Positions 39,470 to 48,600 of a stretch of 64,000 nt of DNA are shown piece after piece. The DNA lies in IMG/VR virus record IMGVR_UViG_3300026521_000471, positions 1 to 64,000 of that record. One strand, given 5' to 3'. Within the stretch, counting starts at the first letter, position 1. The number at the start of each line of letters is the position of its first letter. The notes beneath the pieces are model-generated. The model did no database searches, was not told the DNA's origin, and saw only the letters and a program-made list of their open reading frames with translations. The position numbers were made by a program, and so were the translations under genes.

Positions 39470-39654
39470 TTGTAGATGTAGATAAAAAGGCAATCCAACA
39501 ACAAATAAAGTTTTTAGTTAAAATAATAAACCAATATCAAAAAAGATTAGAAACTGAACCTCAATTTTTAACTAGAGAAGTTGAAGAAAATTTAGAAAGA
39601 GCTAAAGCAAAATATGATTATATTATTAAAGAATATCCAGACTTAATCATCTAG
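39466..39654 (+). CDS. small protein with PE-tail (YPDLII)
   Basis: Terminal motif; ATGA overlap. Confidence 0.7.
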   Translation: MIVDVDKKAIQQQIKFLVKIINQYQKRLETEPQFLTREVEENLERAKAKYDYIIKEYPDLII

Positions 39655-41301
39655 ACTATTTTTTAAATCTAATATATTACCGAATGATTTTTTATGAGTT
39701 ATTTGAGCAAAAATATTTTTCATATCATTACCTGAAAGATGACCTCGTTCTGCTTCTCTCATTAAATTTTTTGTTATTTTAAACTCGCCATTATATTTAA
39801 ATAATTCAAATGCTAAATTTATAATATGACCTTGTATTTGTAACGTATTAGAAGCACTAGCATATCCAAATTCTCTGGCTACTGCAATAATTTTTTTCAT
39901 GTTTTGTGGCATATTCCAAATACTAAAAAGCTTCTCAACAGCGTGTAAATTATTAAATCCTAATAGATTCATTTCTAAACTAGTTATAGATTTTGACGAT
40001 TTTTGTAAATTTTTAAAACGATCTACTCTCTCATTAATAATTAAAGCCTGATTTGTCAGGAGCATACCTAGTGGTAATATATGCATAACAGCAGTTAAAT
40101 CATCTTTATCATCTTGGGGTATATCTATAAATTTAATCCATTCTGAAACAAATTTAACTCGGTATTTTGAAACTTCAATTAACTCTTCTAATGAAATATC
40201 ATATGCGTCTAAATATAAACTGTCAAATGTTTCGTTAGCTACCTCTGTTATTGCTAATGCCCCTATTTGTTTTTTACCTAGTAATGATACAGCAATAGAG
40301 ATTTTTGATACTCGATTTGGTAGGCCTATATACGGGGAATTAATTTCCCGTAAAATAATTGCTGAGAACATTGGATCTTGTTCAACAACTTTTACTATTT
40401 GGTTGATATTTGAATTGCTATCAAAACACAATTCTTTTAACTTAGTTAATGTACTAGGTAAAGGTTCAATTGCTTCAGCTAGTTCAACTAATGTAATCTG
40501 CCCTTTATTAATAGGTATTTCAATCTCCGTATTACTACGTTCATATTTTTTAACAATCATAGTCTTAAAATCAGCCATTTTCATATTATGTGTATTATAA
40601 ACATTTTCGATTGCTAATTTTTCTTTAACTAAGTTTAAAGAACTTTCTTTACTGAATTTACTCAAAACATATAAATTTTCAAAATCGAATTCAATATCAT
40701 TTAAACAAACTATGAGATCTATGATATGCCCATCGGGGTATTTTAAATCAGTTATTAAAATTTTTTTACCGGGCATTTTTATAAGGTCAATTGCCTCGGA
40801 TTTAGTAGAAACACTATCCACAAATTTAAATTTTGTACTAAGAATTTCTGTTAATAATTTTGATACTTTTGGATCTCGATTAAGGATCACAATATCATAA
40901 TATTCATTAAGTTTTGGGGAAGTGTAATTTTTACATTGAACGATTGGCGCAGTATCAAATTCAATAGCATAAAATTCTGGATCTTCATGTTGTTGAATTT
41001 GAGTTACCCACCTTTCAATTTGAATAGAAAAGTTTTCAAACCAATTAATCACATCTTGATTAAAAGCACAAGTATAATTTTTTATAAAAAACAAAATATC
41101 TTCTGTTTTTTCAAGGAGAATAGAAATTTCTTCAAATTTATGATAGTAAGTAATAGCTTTTAATGAATGTATCGACCTAAATAATGTGTCGATCAATTTT
41201 GATGAATTAATTTCATCATTTCTAAAATCAATAATAGTGTTATTAATAATTATAGACAAATTATCTAATCTTATAATATAATCTTCAAGTTCTTCAGTCA
41301 T
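39643..41301 (-). CDS. Hpt + receiver-like + HDOD signalling protein
   Basis: CheA-P1-like LFRSIHSLKA; REC-like ILITDLKYPDG; HDOD PLPSTL...VEQDPMFSAIILREINSP...AVSLLG...WNMP. Confidence 0.85.
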   Translation of the reverse strand: MTEELEDYIIRLDNLSIIINNTIIDFRNDEINSSKLIDTLFRSIHSLKAITYYHKFEEISILLEKTEDILFFIKNYTCAFNQDVINWFENFSIQIERWVTQIQQHEDPEFYAIEFDTAPIVQCKNYTSPKLNEYYDIVILNRDPKVSKLLTEILSTKFKFVDSVSTKSEAIDLIKMPGKKILITDLKYPDGHIIDLIVCLNDIEFDFENLYVLSKFSKESSLNLVKEKLAIENVYNTHNMKMADFKTMIVKKYERSNTEIEIPINKGQITLVELAEAIEPLPSTLTKLKELCFDSNSNINQIVKVVEQDPMFSAIILREINSPYIGLPNRVSKISIAVSLLGKKQIGALAITEVANETFDSLYLDAYDISLEELIEVSKYRVKFVSEWIKFIDIPQDDKDDLTAVMHILPLGMLLTNQALIINERVDRFKNLQKSSKSITSLEMNLLGFNNLHAVEKLFSIWNMPQNMKKIIAVAREFGYASASNTLQIQGHIINLAFELFKYNGEFKITKNLMREAERGHLSGNDMKNIFAQITHKKSFGNILDLKNSLDD

Positions 41302-41469
41302 TACATTAAAAACCTATTTTAATTTTATTTATAATGAATATGCAATATTTTCCCAGTCAATGTCATTCCATGTCAAATACATTTTACCCTCCTATTTTTG
41401 GTATCTATAAAATATTTATATTAATTATAATATATTTTAAGCAAAAATCTGATTAAATTTTAAGCAAAA

Positions 41470-42027
41470 TTATTTACGTTTCATTATAATTTGCCCTTTA
41501 ACATTAACTAATGATTTTTTTCTAGTTAATTTATGCTCCCTTATAAAAATTTTAGAACGATATTCATAAGCATTATAAATTTCATCTCCAATTTTCAAAC
41601 TTATAAGTTGTTCTCTATAAAGTGATGCTAATCGTTCATCTGTTATATTCCATATTTCACCAAAATGAGCAAGTCGTACTCTTTCAGCAAGTACTTGAAA
41701 ATCATCAATACTAATATTTTTCTTTTTTAATTCTTCTTCTTTTTCTGGAGTAATTACAAATCTTTTATTTTTATCTTCATGAAAAACTAACTTAGTGTAT
41801 GCTGGATATTTTACAGCATCAACTTTTGTATGACCAAATCGTAATATCGGTTGTTTATTTTTAAAACGTTCAATATAGTCAATATCCATAAGATGCCAGG
41901 TATTTTGATGTTCAAAATTTGGATATGAAATAGCAATAAGTGACCACTCTTTTTTATCATGATATTTATAAAATTCATTCTTTAATTCGAGAAGTATTTC
42001 GTTTAAATTATGATAATATTCATTCAT
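41470..42027 (-). CDS. hypothetical protein
   Basis: AAGGGA RBS; TATAAATA at 42051-42058 (minus). Confidence 0.65.
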   Translation of the reverse strand: MNEYYHNLNEILLELKNEFYKYHDKKEWSLIAISYPNFEHQNTWHLMDIDYIERFKNKQPILRFGHTKVDAVKYPAYTKLVFHEDKNKRFVITPEKEEELKKKNISIDDFQVLAERVRLAHFGEIWNITDERLASLYREQLISLKIGDEIYNAYEYRSKIFIREHKLTRKKSLVNVKGQIIMKRK

Positions 42028-42065
42028 ATATTTCCCTTTTTATTTTAAATTATTTATATTTTTTT

Positions 42066-42073
42066 TGTAAAAT
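42066..42073 (+). promoter_or_regulatory. class II motif TGTAAAAT upstream of tuf
   Basis: Same 8-mer precedes the polB fragment, parM-like, PRTase, SSB and others. Confidence 0.5.
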
Positions 42074-42109
42074 ATAATATACCAAAAAAATTAAATTTAA
42101 GGATGAAAT

Positions 42110-43682
42110 ATGGCAAAAGAGAAATTTGTTAGGGGTGAAAAACCTCATGTTAATGTGGGAACAGTAGGGCATAGACTATGTGCCATCTCTTGGTAACAAG
42201 GGATTAAAAAGAGTTTAAATTGTCTGGAAACCCCTAAAGCTTCTTTTACTAAAACAGAGCCAGAAATGGCATATGGTATAGTTAATGAAAATTAGAAAGA
42301 AAAAAGAAGATGGAATATGTGGAAACGCTAAGTTCTTTATAATGGGCAATCAGCAGCCAAGTTACCTAACTCAAATATATTGAGATTTCTATGTGAATAG
42401 AATTTAAGGTAGAAGGTTCAGAGACTGTAATAACTCAGTCCGTTAATCTTAATTGAATTTCGGATTATGGTACAGTCCAGACTACAACAACTTTACTTAG
42501 TTAGTTGGCTTATGAAAGTAAGTGTAGTAATTGGTAGATCATGGCAAGACTACTTTAACTGCAGCAATTACAGCAGTAATGGCAGTTAAAAACGGTGCAG
42601 CATTTATGGATTACGATCAAATCGATAATGCACCAGAAGAAAGAGAAAGAGGTATCACTATTGCTACTTCTCATGTTGAATATGAAACTGATAAAAGACA
42701 TTATGCTCATGTTGATTGTCCAGGTCACGCAGATTATGTTAAAAATATGATTACTGGTGCTGCACAAATGGATGGTGCTATTCTTGTTATTGCTGCTACT
42801 GATGGACCTATGGCTCAAACGAGAGAACATATCCTTCTTTCAAAACAAGTTGGTGTACCAGCAATTGTTGTTTTTATGAACAAAGAGGACCAACTTGATG
42901 ATGAAGATAAAGATGAAATGGCTGAACTTGTAGAAATGGAGATTAGAGAACTTCTTGACCAATACGGTTTTGATGGTGATAACACTCCTGTTATTCTTGG
43001 TAGTGCATTTCAAGCTCTTGAAGAAGCAAAAACCGGTACTTTAGGTGAGTGGTCAGAAAAGATTGTACAACTTATGGATTCAGTAGATGAGTGGATTCCA
43101 GAACCAGTTAGAGATACTGATAAGGATTTCTTAATGCCTATTGAAGATGTATTCTCAATTGCAGGTAGAGGTACAGTTGTTACTGGTAAAATTGAGAGAG
43201 GTACAATCAAACTTGGTGAAACAGTAGAAATTGTAGGTATTAAAGACACTCAAACATCAACTGTTACAGGAATTGAGATGTTCCGTAAAGAGATGGAAGA
43301 AGGTTTAGCTGGGGATAATGCAGGTATTCTTCTAAGAGGAATTTCAAAAGATGATGTTGAAAGAGGTCAAGTTCTTTGTAAACCTGGTTCAATAACACCA
43401 CATACAAAGTTCAAAGCGGAAGTTTATGTTCTAAGTAAAGATGAGGGTGGTCGTCATACTCCATTCTTTAATAATTATAGACCTCAGTTCTATTTCTATA
43501 CATCTGATATTACTGGTGCAATTACACTAGAAGAAGGTGTTGAAATGGCTATGCCTGGTGATAATGTGACTATTACGGTAGAACTTATTGCTCCAATGGC
43601 TATCGAAAAAGGAACAACTTTTGCTATTAGAGAAGGTGGTAGAACTGTCGGCTCTGGTATGATTGGAGAAATTATCGAGTAA
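42110..43682 (+). CDS. tuf: elongation factor Tu, two exons: join(42110..42172,42534..43682), 403 aa
   Basis: Exon 1 [21 protein letters not shown] plus exon 2 VDHGKTT; [30 protein letters not shown]. Confidence 0.97.
42173..42533 (+). ncRNA. group I intron (361 nt, no ORF) in the tuf P-loop
   Basis: P1 GGCAU/GUGCC with U.G at the splice site; P10 CUAU/GUAG; GGGCAATCAGCAGCCAAG; GTTCAGAGACTG and ACAGTCC (P7); terminal G; removal restores GHVDHGKT. Confidence 0.95.
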
Positions 43683-43704
43683 ATCTCCTCTCGATAATTT
43701 TTTT
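43668..43704 (+). terminator. intrinsic terminator after tuf
   Basis: AAATTATCGAG...CTCGATAATTT followed by a T-run. Confidence 0.55.
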
Positions 43705-43738
43705 GTAAAATAAGTAATAAACTAAAGGAATTTAATAA

Positions 43739-44713
43739 ATGATAGATTATACAAGATGGAACACATTTCTACCAGTAGATTTGGGCTATGGAGATGTTAA
43801 AATCGCCCTTAAAAAAGAAGATGGTACTTTAATGATTGCTAAGTATCCGTCAGCAGTAGCTAAAGTCAATCCAAAGAGATTTGGTGCCGGCGAAGCAGTT
43901 GAATTTGAAGGCGATTATTACTTAATTGGCGAGAATGCTATAAACTACAAACCCGTAGAAATGAATGATTATGAAACATTAGAAAAGTACGCACCATTAC
44001 TTATTTTTCATGCATTTAGAAAATATGGAGAATTCAATACTATTGTAACAGGACTTTCAATTAGACAAGAGGATAATTCTCAATCATTTAAAGATAGGCT
44101 TTCTAGTTTTGAAATTGATGGTCAAGAATATAATATGGATGTAAAATTACTACCCCAAGGTATTGGAGCTAAAATTGTAGTACAAAAACAATTTAATGAA
44201 ATCCAAAACTATTTAGTTTGTGATGGTGGCTTTAATACTGTTGATTTAGTTCCTGTATTTGATGGAAAAGCAGATTTACACTCTGTTGATGCTTTAGAAA
44301 ATAGAGGCATTATTGAGGTTGTAAATGAATTAATTGAATATATTGCAGGTGAGTATAATATAGAACTATCACCAAAAGAAGCTAAGTATGCCTTAGATAA
44401 TCAACGCATTGATATTTATGGAAAAGAAATTGATTTAACAGATATTATTGCACATATTACAACAGATTATTCTAAAGACTTAGTAAGACAAATAGAAAGA
44501 AAGTTTAAAAAATCATGGCATAAATTCCAAAAAGTTATTATTGTTGGTGGGTTATCTCATTTTGTAGATGCTTCTGTTTATGAACATTTAGCAACTGTAC
44601 CTAAAGGTGAATACTTTAATGCTGTTGGGTTCCACCAATACGCTGATGAAAAATTAGGGGATACGACACCTCAAAAACCAAAGGTTACTAGAAGACGAGT
44701 GAGTAAACTCTAA
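43739..44713 (+). CDS. ParM/StbA-family actin-like ATPase
   Basis: VDLGYGDVK (phosphate 1), TGLS, LPQGIG, CDGGFNTVD (phosphate 2), IVGG, NAVGF. Confidence 0.88.
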   Translation: MIDYTRWNTFLPVDLGYGDVKIALKKEDGTLMIAKYPSAVAKVNPKRFGAGEAVEFEGDYYLIGENAINYKPVEMNDYETLEKYAPLLIFHAFRKYGEFNTIVTGLSIRQEDNSQSFKDRLSSFEIDGQEYNMDVKLLPQGIGAKIVVQKQFNEIQNYLVCDGGFNTVDLVPVFDGKADLHSVDALENRGIIEVVNELIEYIAGEYNIELSPKEAKYALDNQRIDIYGKEIDLTDIIAHITTDYSKDLVRQIERKFKKSWHKFQKVIIVGGLSHFVDASVYEHLATVPKGEYFNAVGFHQYADEKLGDTTPQKPKVTRRRVSKL

Positions 44714-44730
44714 TCTTCACTAATTTTTAT

Positions 44731-44752
44731 TTAAGGCTTTATACGATATAAT
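44731..44752 (+). promoter_or_regulatory. class I promoter TTAAG-N11-TATAAT
   Basis: Motif match. Confidence 0.7.
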
Positions 44753-44782
44753 ACATATACAAATCAATTAAAGGGACAGTTT

Positions 44783-45436
44783 ATGGCTTGTATTAAAGTT
44801 TTAAATAATTTAAGTGCTTTTTCAAAAAGCACTAAACTATATAAAAAAATAGATGGAGCGGATAAAACTCCATCTATAAACTACACACTACATTTTTCAA
44901 AACATCTTAACACTCCAAGAAAAATATCAAATTCAAAAGGTTATCAGTCAAGAATAGTTGATGGGTTAAGATTAAAAAGTTTTAAAATAATCATTGAAGA
45001 TATTTTACCTAAATTAATAGAAAAGGGAGAGGGAAAATATGTTATTTCATTACTTAAATCGGATAATGGTCCAATTCTAAATTTATTAATAGCATTTGAA
45101 AAAAATAAATTTATTGAAAACGAATGGTTTATATTATTAATAACTACCTTAGTTAAAAATGAATCAATGATGTCATTTAAAGATATTCCTGTTGATAATA
45201 GATTGTTTTCTAATATTATTTTTGATGATTTAATGGAAGTACCTATTATTGAACAGACTAAAAATAAACAAGCACAAGAACAATTTAAAAAAAATAAAAA
45301 GAATCAGTATGATCCTGAATACGTCAAGCGAAAATTATTACGACCTGGATTACGTATTAAAAAGAAAGTAAATCCAGGTATTAAACGTAGAGGTTTACGT
45401 ATTGTTAAAAAAAGAAGTGAAAAATATGATGTTTGA
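44783..45436 (+). CDS. hypothetical basic protein
   Basis: ORF after promoter. Confidence 0.65.
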   Translation: MACIKVLNNLSAFSKSTKLYKKIDGADKTPSINYTLHFSKHLNTPRKISNSKGYQSRIVDGLRLKSFKIIIEDILPKLIEKGEGKYVISLLKSDNGPILNLLIAFEKNKFIENEWFILLITTLVKNESMMSFKDIPVDNRLFSNIIFDDLMEVPIIEQTKNKQAQEQFKKNKKNQYDPEYVKRKLLRPGLRIKKKVNPGIKRRGLRIVKKRSEKYDV

Positions 45437-45712
45437 ATATAGTCCAGAATATAAAGTCGAACCAATCAGTACAAAATTCAATGACGATGAATTTTATTAT
45501 ATCGGGTATATAAACCAAAATGGAAAGGTTGATATTTTAGAAATTATGATAGGAGAATTATATTCTGAATCATCACCATATTCACATAGCAAAAGATATT
45601 ATGTAAAAGTGTTAATTCCCCAAGAATACTACAAAAGTTTCTTTCATAAATGGATGGATTTAACACATACAAAATATTATTTAAACGATACTAAAATTGA
45701 TATTGCGTTTAT

Positions 45713-47100
45713 ACACCTCGCTGAGAAAACCCAATGGCTAAAGACCATTGGGATGAATCAGCAATTATTTGACATTTTACATTAATTTATTGTAAAATAA
45801 GTATATAGATATAGAGTTTAAGGAGGATTGAGTTGAAATTTCATCGTAATTACAAATTCAGATTACAACCAAATACTGAACAATCCGATTTCCTTAATCA
45901 TTATTTCTTTACTGCAAATCAAGCCTGGAACTTTGCTTTGAATTTAAAAATCAAAGACCTTTCTGTCAATTCTTCTCTGCCGAAGGCAGATAGGAAATAC
46001 TTAAAGTTCAAAGATATTTATTCTCTTACAAAAGAACACCTTAAAGAACGAGGAATTAAATACAATTCAGGTGTAATTCAAGATGAACTAAGAAAATTAG
46101 ATGATACGTTTTCTCGATTCCATAAGAAAATTGGTGGATTTCCTAAATTCAAGTCCTCAAAGAAAATCGAACAATCAATCATCATCAGGAATCAAGCAAC
46201 TTATTGGGATGAAATGGAATTGGAGATCTTCAGAAAGAAAATCAGAACTAAATTCCATCGAGAAATTCCTTTGGAATCTAAATTTACTGGTGGTATTGTA
46301 AAAAGAGAGTCAGATGGAAACTATTATTTTATTGCTAATTTGATCATTAATGATAAAAATCAATATCCAAAAACAGGAACAGAATGTGCTCTTGATTTGA
46401 ATGTAGAAAATATAGCTATTTCAGATTCAAATGGAAATCGAAGATTGATTAAATTGGAGGATTTTTCAAAAAGTAAATATTCAAAGAACTTTTTAAAGTT
46501 ACAAAGAAAACTTTCAAAAAGATACAAAGAAAAGAACTTTTCTAAAAATACCAAACGATTACAAAAGAAATCAAATCGAATGTACAAGAAAATCAAAAAC
46601 AAAAAAGAGGATTTTTTTCACAAGCTCAGTAATGAGCTGACTAATCAATATGATAGAATCACAATAGAAGATCTGGAAATCAAAAAGATGAAAGAATCGA
46701 AATCAAATCGACTCAATCGTCTGATTTCAGATGTAAGTTGGGGTTCGTTGATACAAAAAATCAAATATAAACAAGAACAAAAGAACAAATTGATTAGAGA
46801 ATTAAATCCAGCTTTTAGCAGTCAGAGATGCTTCAAATGTGGTCATATCAGTAAGAACAATAGAAAAACGCAAAGCGTTTTTAATTGTGAAAACTGTGGA
46901 TACACTACTCATGCAGACCTGAATGCTTCAGATAATCTCTTAGATTATGATAATTGGTCTCTGGAACAGATGACCTTGATCCAGCAATGGAATCAGAATC
47001 TTTGTATCGAGAATGTCAGTTAATTCTGAAATTCGATGATTGGAGTGCCTCTCGGCACTCCCTTAGAAGCCCAATCGTCTTTAGCGGTTGGGTAGTTCAC
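45713..47100 (+). mobile_element. IS200/IS605-family non-autonomous (tnpB-only, IS1341-like) element, 1388 bp
   Basis: TTTAT target at 45708-45712; left hairpin CCCAATGG/CCATTGGG 45730-45752; right hairpin 47070-47092 then TTCAC; no target duplication; no tnpA. Confidence 0.9.
45833..47023 (+). CDS. tnpB: TnpB RNA-guided endonuclease
   Basis: YKFRLQP HTH, GFPKFKS, RuvC D (ALDLN), E (IEDL), Zn finger CFKC/CENC, D (ADLNAS). Confidence 0.95.
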   Translation: MKFHRNYKFRLQPNTEQSDFLNHYFFTANQAWNFALNLKIKDLSVNSSLPKADRKYLKFKDIYSLTKEHLKERGIKYNSGVIQDELRKLDDTFSRFHKKIGGFPKFKSSKKIEQSIIIRNQATYWDEMELEIFRKKIRTKFHREIPLESKFTGGIVKRESDGNYYFIANLIINDKNQYPKTGTECALDLNVENIAISDSNGNRRLIKLEDFSKSKYSKNFLKLQRKLSKRYKEKNFSKNTKRLQKKSNRMYKKIKNKKEDFFHKLSNELTNQYDRITIEDLEIKKMKESKSNRLNRLISDVSWGSLIQKIKYKQEQKNKLIRELNPAFSSQRCFKCGHISKNNRKTQSVFNCENCGYTTHADLNASDNLLDYDNWSLEQMTLIQQWNQNLCIENVS

Positions 47101-47120
47101 AAAAGACACACCATTAGAAG
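46950..47120 (+). ncRNA. TnpB omega/reRNA scaffold plus flanking guide (boundaries approximate)
   Basis: Hairpins 47042-47061 and 47070-47092 at the right end; by known TnpB biology the guide is the ~16-20 nt after TTCAC. Confidence 0.55.
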
Positions 47121-47377
47121 CCGAAATAGCCTTTTATTCAATATTGCAACGCCCTCATAAAGATTTCATGGAAATTATTAAAAGGTCAGAAGAAGGTTTC
47201 GCTATTAAATATCCGGATATTTATTTAAATAGGGTTCTTACTAAACAAAAAATGACCTGTTCACATCCTCCATTTTTAGAAGGAAAATCTATAAAGATAA
47301 TCAATAATTCTGCGAGTTTTATTTCATATAATTAAAAAAAATTGTAAAATTATTAATAAATATATTAAGGATTTACA

Positions 47378-47833
47378 ATGGCTGATAAAATCTATATGGA
47401 TTGGGCTACATTTGATAATGATGTGCAAATATTTATAGATTACTTGCACTCTTTTAATAGATTAGATAATGCAGTTATCTTATCTTTAAAACGAGGAGCA
47501 TTTCCTACTTCAACTACTCTTTCAAATAAATTAAATATACCTATTTCGGTAGTATCTTTCCAAACCAGGGATGGTAAAGATACCGAACCTACTTTTTTAG
47601 AACCGGATATTTTTAAAGATGCTAAAAACATTATCATCCCTGATGATATTTATGATACTGGTAAAACTATTGAAATAGTAATTGAAAAACTAATAAATGA
47701 CTATGGATTTAAATTAGAAAATTTAACAGGTTTATTTCATTATAGATCCGATAATATTTTTAAATCATCATTAAAATTTTATAGAAGTATTCGATACAAT
47801 GAAAACAAATGGGTTGTTATGCCATGGGAATAG
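47378..47833 (+). CDS. type I phosphoribosyltransferase (xanthine/guanine PRT-like)
   Basis: LKRGA, PRPP-binding IIIPDDIYDTGKT, WVVMPWE. Confidence 0.88.
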   Translation: MADKIYMDWATFDNDVQIFIDYLHSFNRLDNAVILSLKRGAFPTSTTLSNKLNIPISVVSFQTRDGKDTEPTFLEPDIFKDAKNIIIPDDIYDTGKTIEIVIEKLINDYGFKLENLTGLFHYRSDNIFKSSLKFYRSIRYNENKWVVMPWE

Positions 47834-48207
47834 ATAATATTGATGAATTTAAAAAGATAATATCAGACTGTGGTTCTATTTCTAAAAATTTTTCAGATAA
47901 AGATATTAATGGCGAATTATCCATAGAAGACCTTTTACAAAAAGGATTTGATAAACATATAGGTTCATTTGAAATTCCAGAAACTATTAAAAATATTATG
48001 GAAATAGATGAAATAAATGCAATAATAACATGGTATTTATCTTGGAAAATATCTTGCCCAATAGAAGAACAAAATACATGTACTATCAGAGATACTTTTG
48101 GTTATAAAGAAAGTATAAAAGTAATAATAGCAATAAATTTTTACAAATATCTAAGAAATAAGGGTTATGACCCCGATATTGTCGAAATTTTTTTAAAACA
48201 ACAATAA
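47809..48207 (+). CDS. hypothetical protein
   Basis: ORF track. Confidence 0.55.
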   Translation: MGCYAMGIDNIDEFKKIISDCGSISKNFSDKDINGELSIEDLLQKGFDKHIGSFEIPETIKNIMEIDEINAIITWYLSWKISCPIEEQNTCTIRDTFGYKESIKVIIAINFYKYLRNKGYDPDIVEIFLKQQ

Positions 48208-48232
48208 ATATAAATATAAGGAAATTAAGGCA

Positions 48233-48598
48233 ATGAATATGAATCAAAATAGAGTAGAGCACAAACAAAGTGTTGCAGAAGAATTTATTAGACAAGTTTT
48301 ATTCGTTAAGGATGATGATAAAGTACTTGCTGTATTCCCATTTTATCATGAAATAAGTGACTTAGAATATAATTCATTAGTCGAAAGTTTTTATGAAACA
48401 TCTGATGAAGAAGACCCTAAAATTCCAAAGAGACATGAATTTTGTTTAATGAATGAGGAAGAATTTGGATGGGGTTGGATACATAGTAAAATGATTCAAT
48501 ATTTGGATGTAGCTGAATTTGATGAATATGATACTTTTAGAAACGCTTTAGTCGATTCAAAAGTAATCAAAAGTACATTTATTCTAAATGAGGAATAA
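48233..48598 (+). CDS. hypothetical protein
   Basis: ORF with RBS. Confidence 0.65.
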   Translation: MNMNQNRVEHKQSVAEEFIRQVLFVKDDDKVLAVFPFYHEISDLEYNSLVESFYETSDEEDPKIPKRHEFCLMNEEEFGWGWIHSKMIQYLDVAEFDEYDTFRNALVDSKVIKSTFILNEE

Positions 48599-48600
48599 CT

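Larger units (their letters stand above)
45426..47335 (+). pseudogene. phage gene interrupted by the IS: join(45426..45712,47101..47335)
   Basis: Removing 45713-47100 gives in-frame ...IDIAFI-KDTPLEAEIAFYSILQRPHKDF...KYPDIYL...; accounts for ORF-track entries 45402 and 47144. Confidence 0.85.

Noticed and set aside
42531-43682. N-terminally truncated EF-Tu pseudogene starting at TTG 42531
   Set aside because: The TTG is the intron's last three bases; the real N-terminus is exon 1 at 42110-42172.
45713-47100. IStron (group I intron fused to tnpB), given two introns nearby
   Set aside because: Only 120 nt lie between the left end and tnpB, with no P4/P7 signatures, and the element ends in TTCAC, not G.
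46954-47335. ORFs 46954..47160 and 47144..47335 as independent genes
   Set aside because: The first overlaps the IS right end and omega RNA; the second is the 3' half of the interrupted gene.
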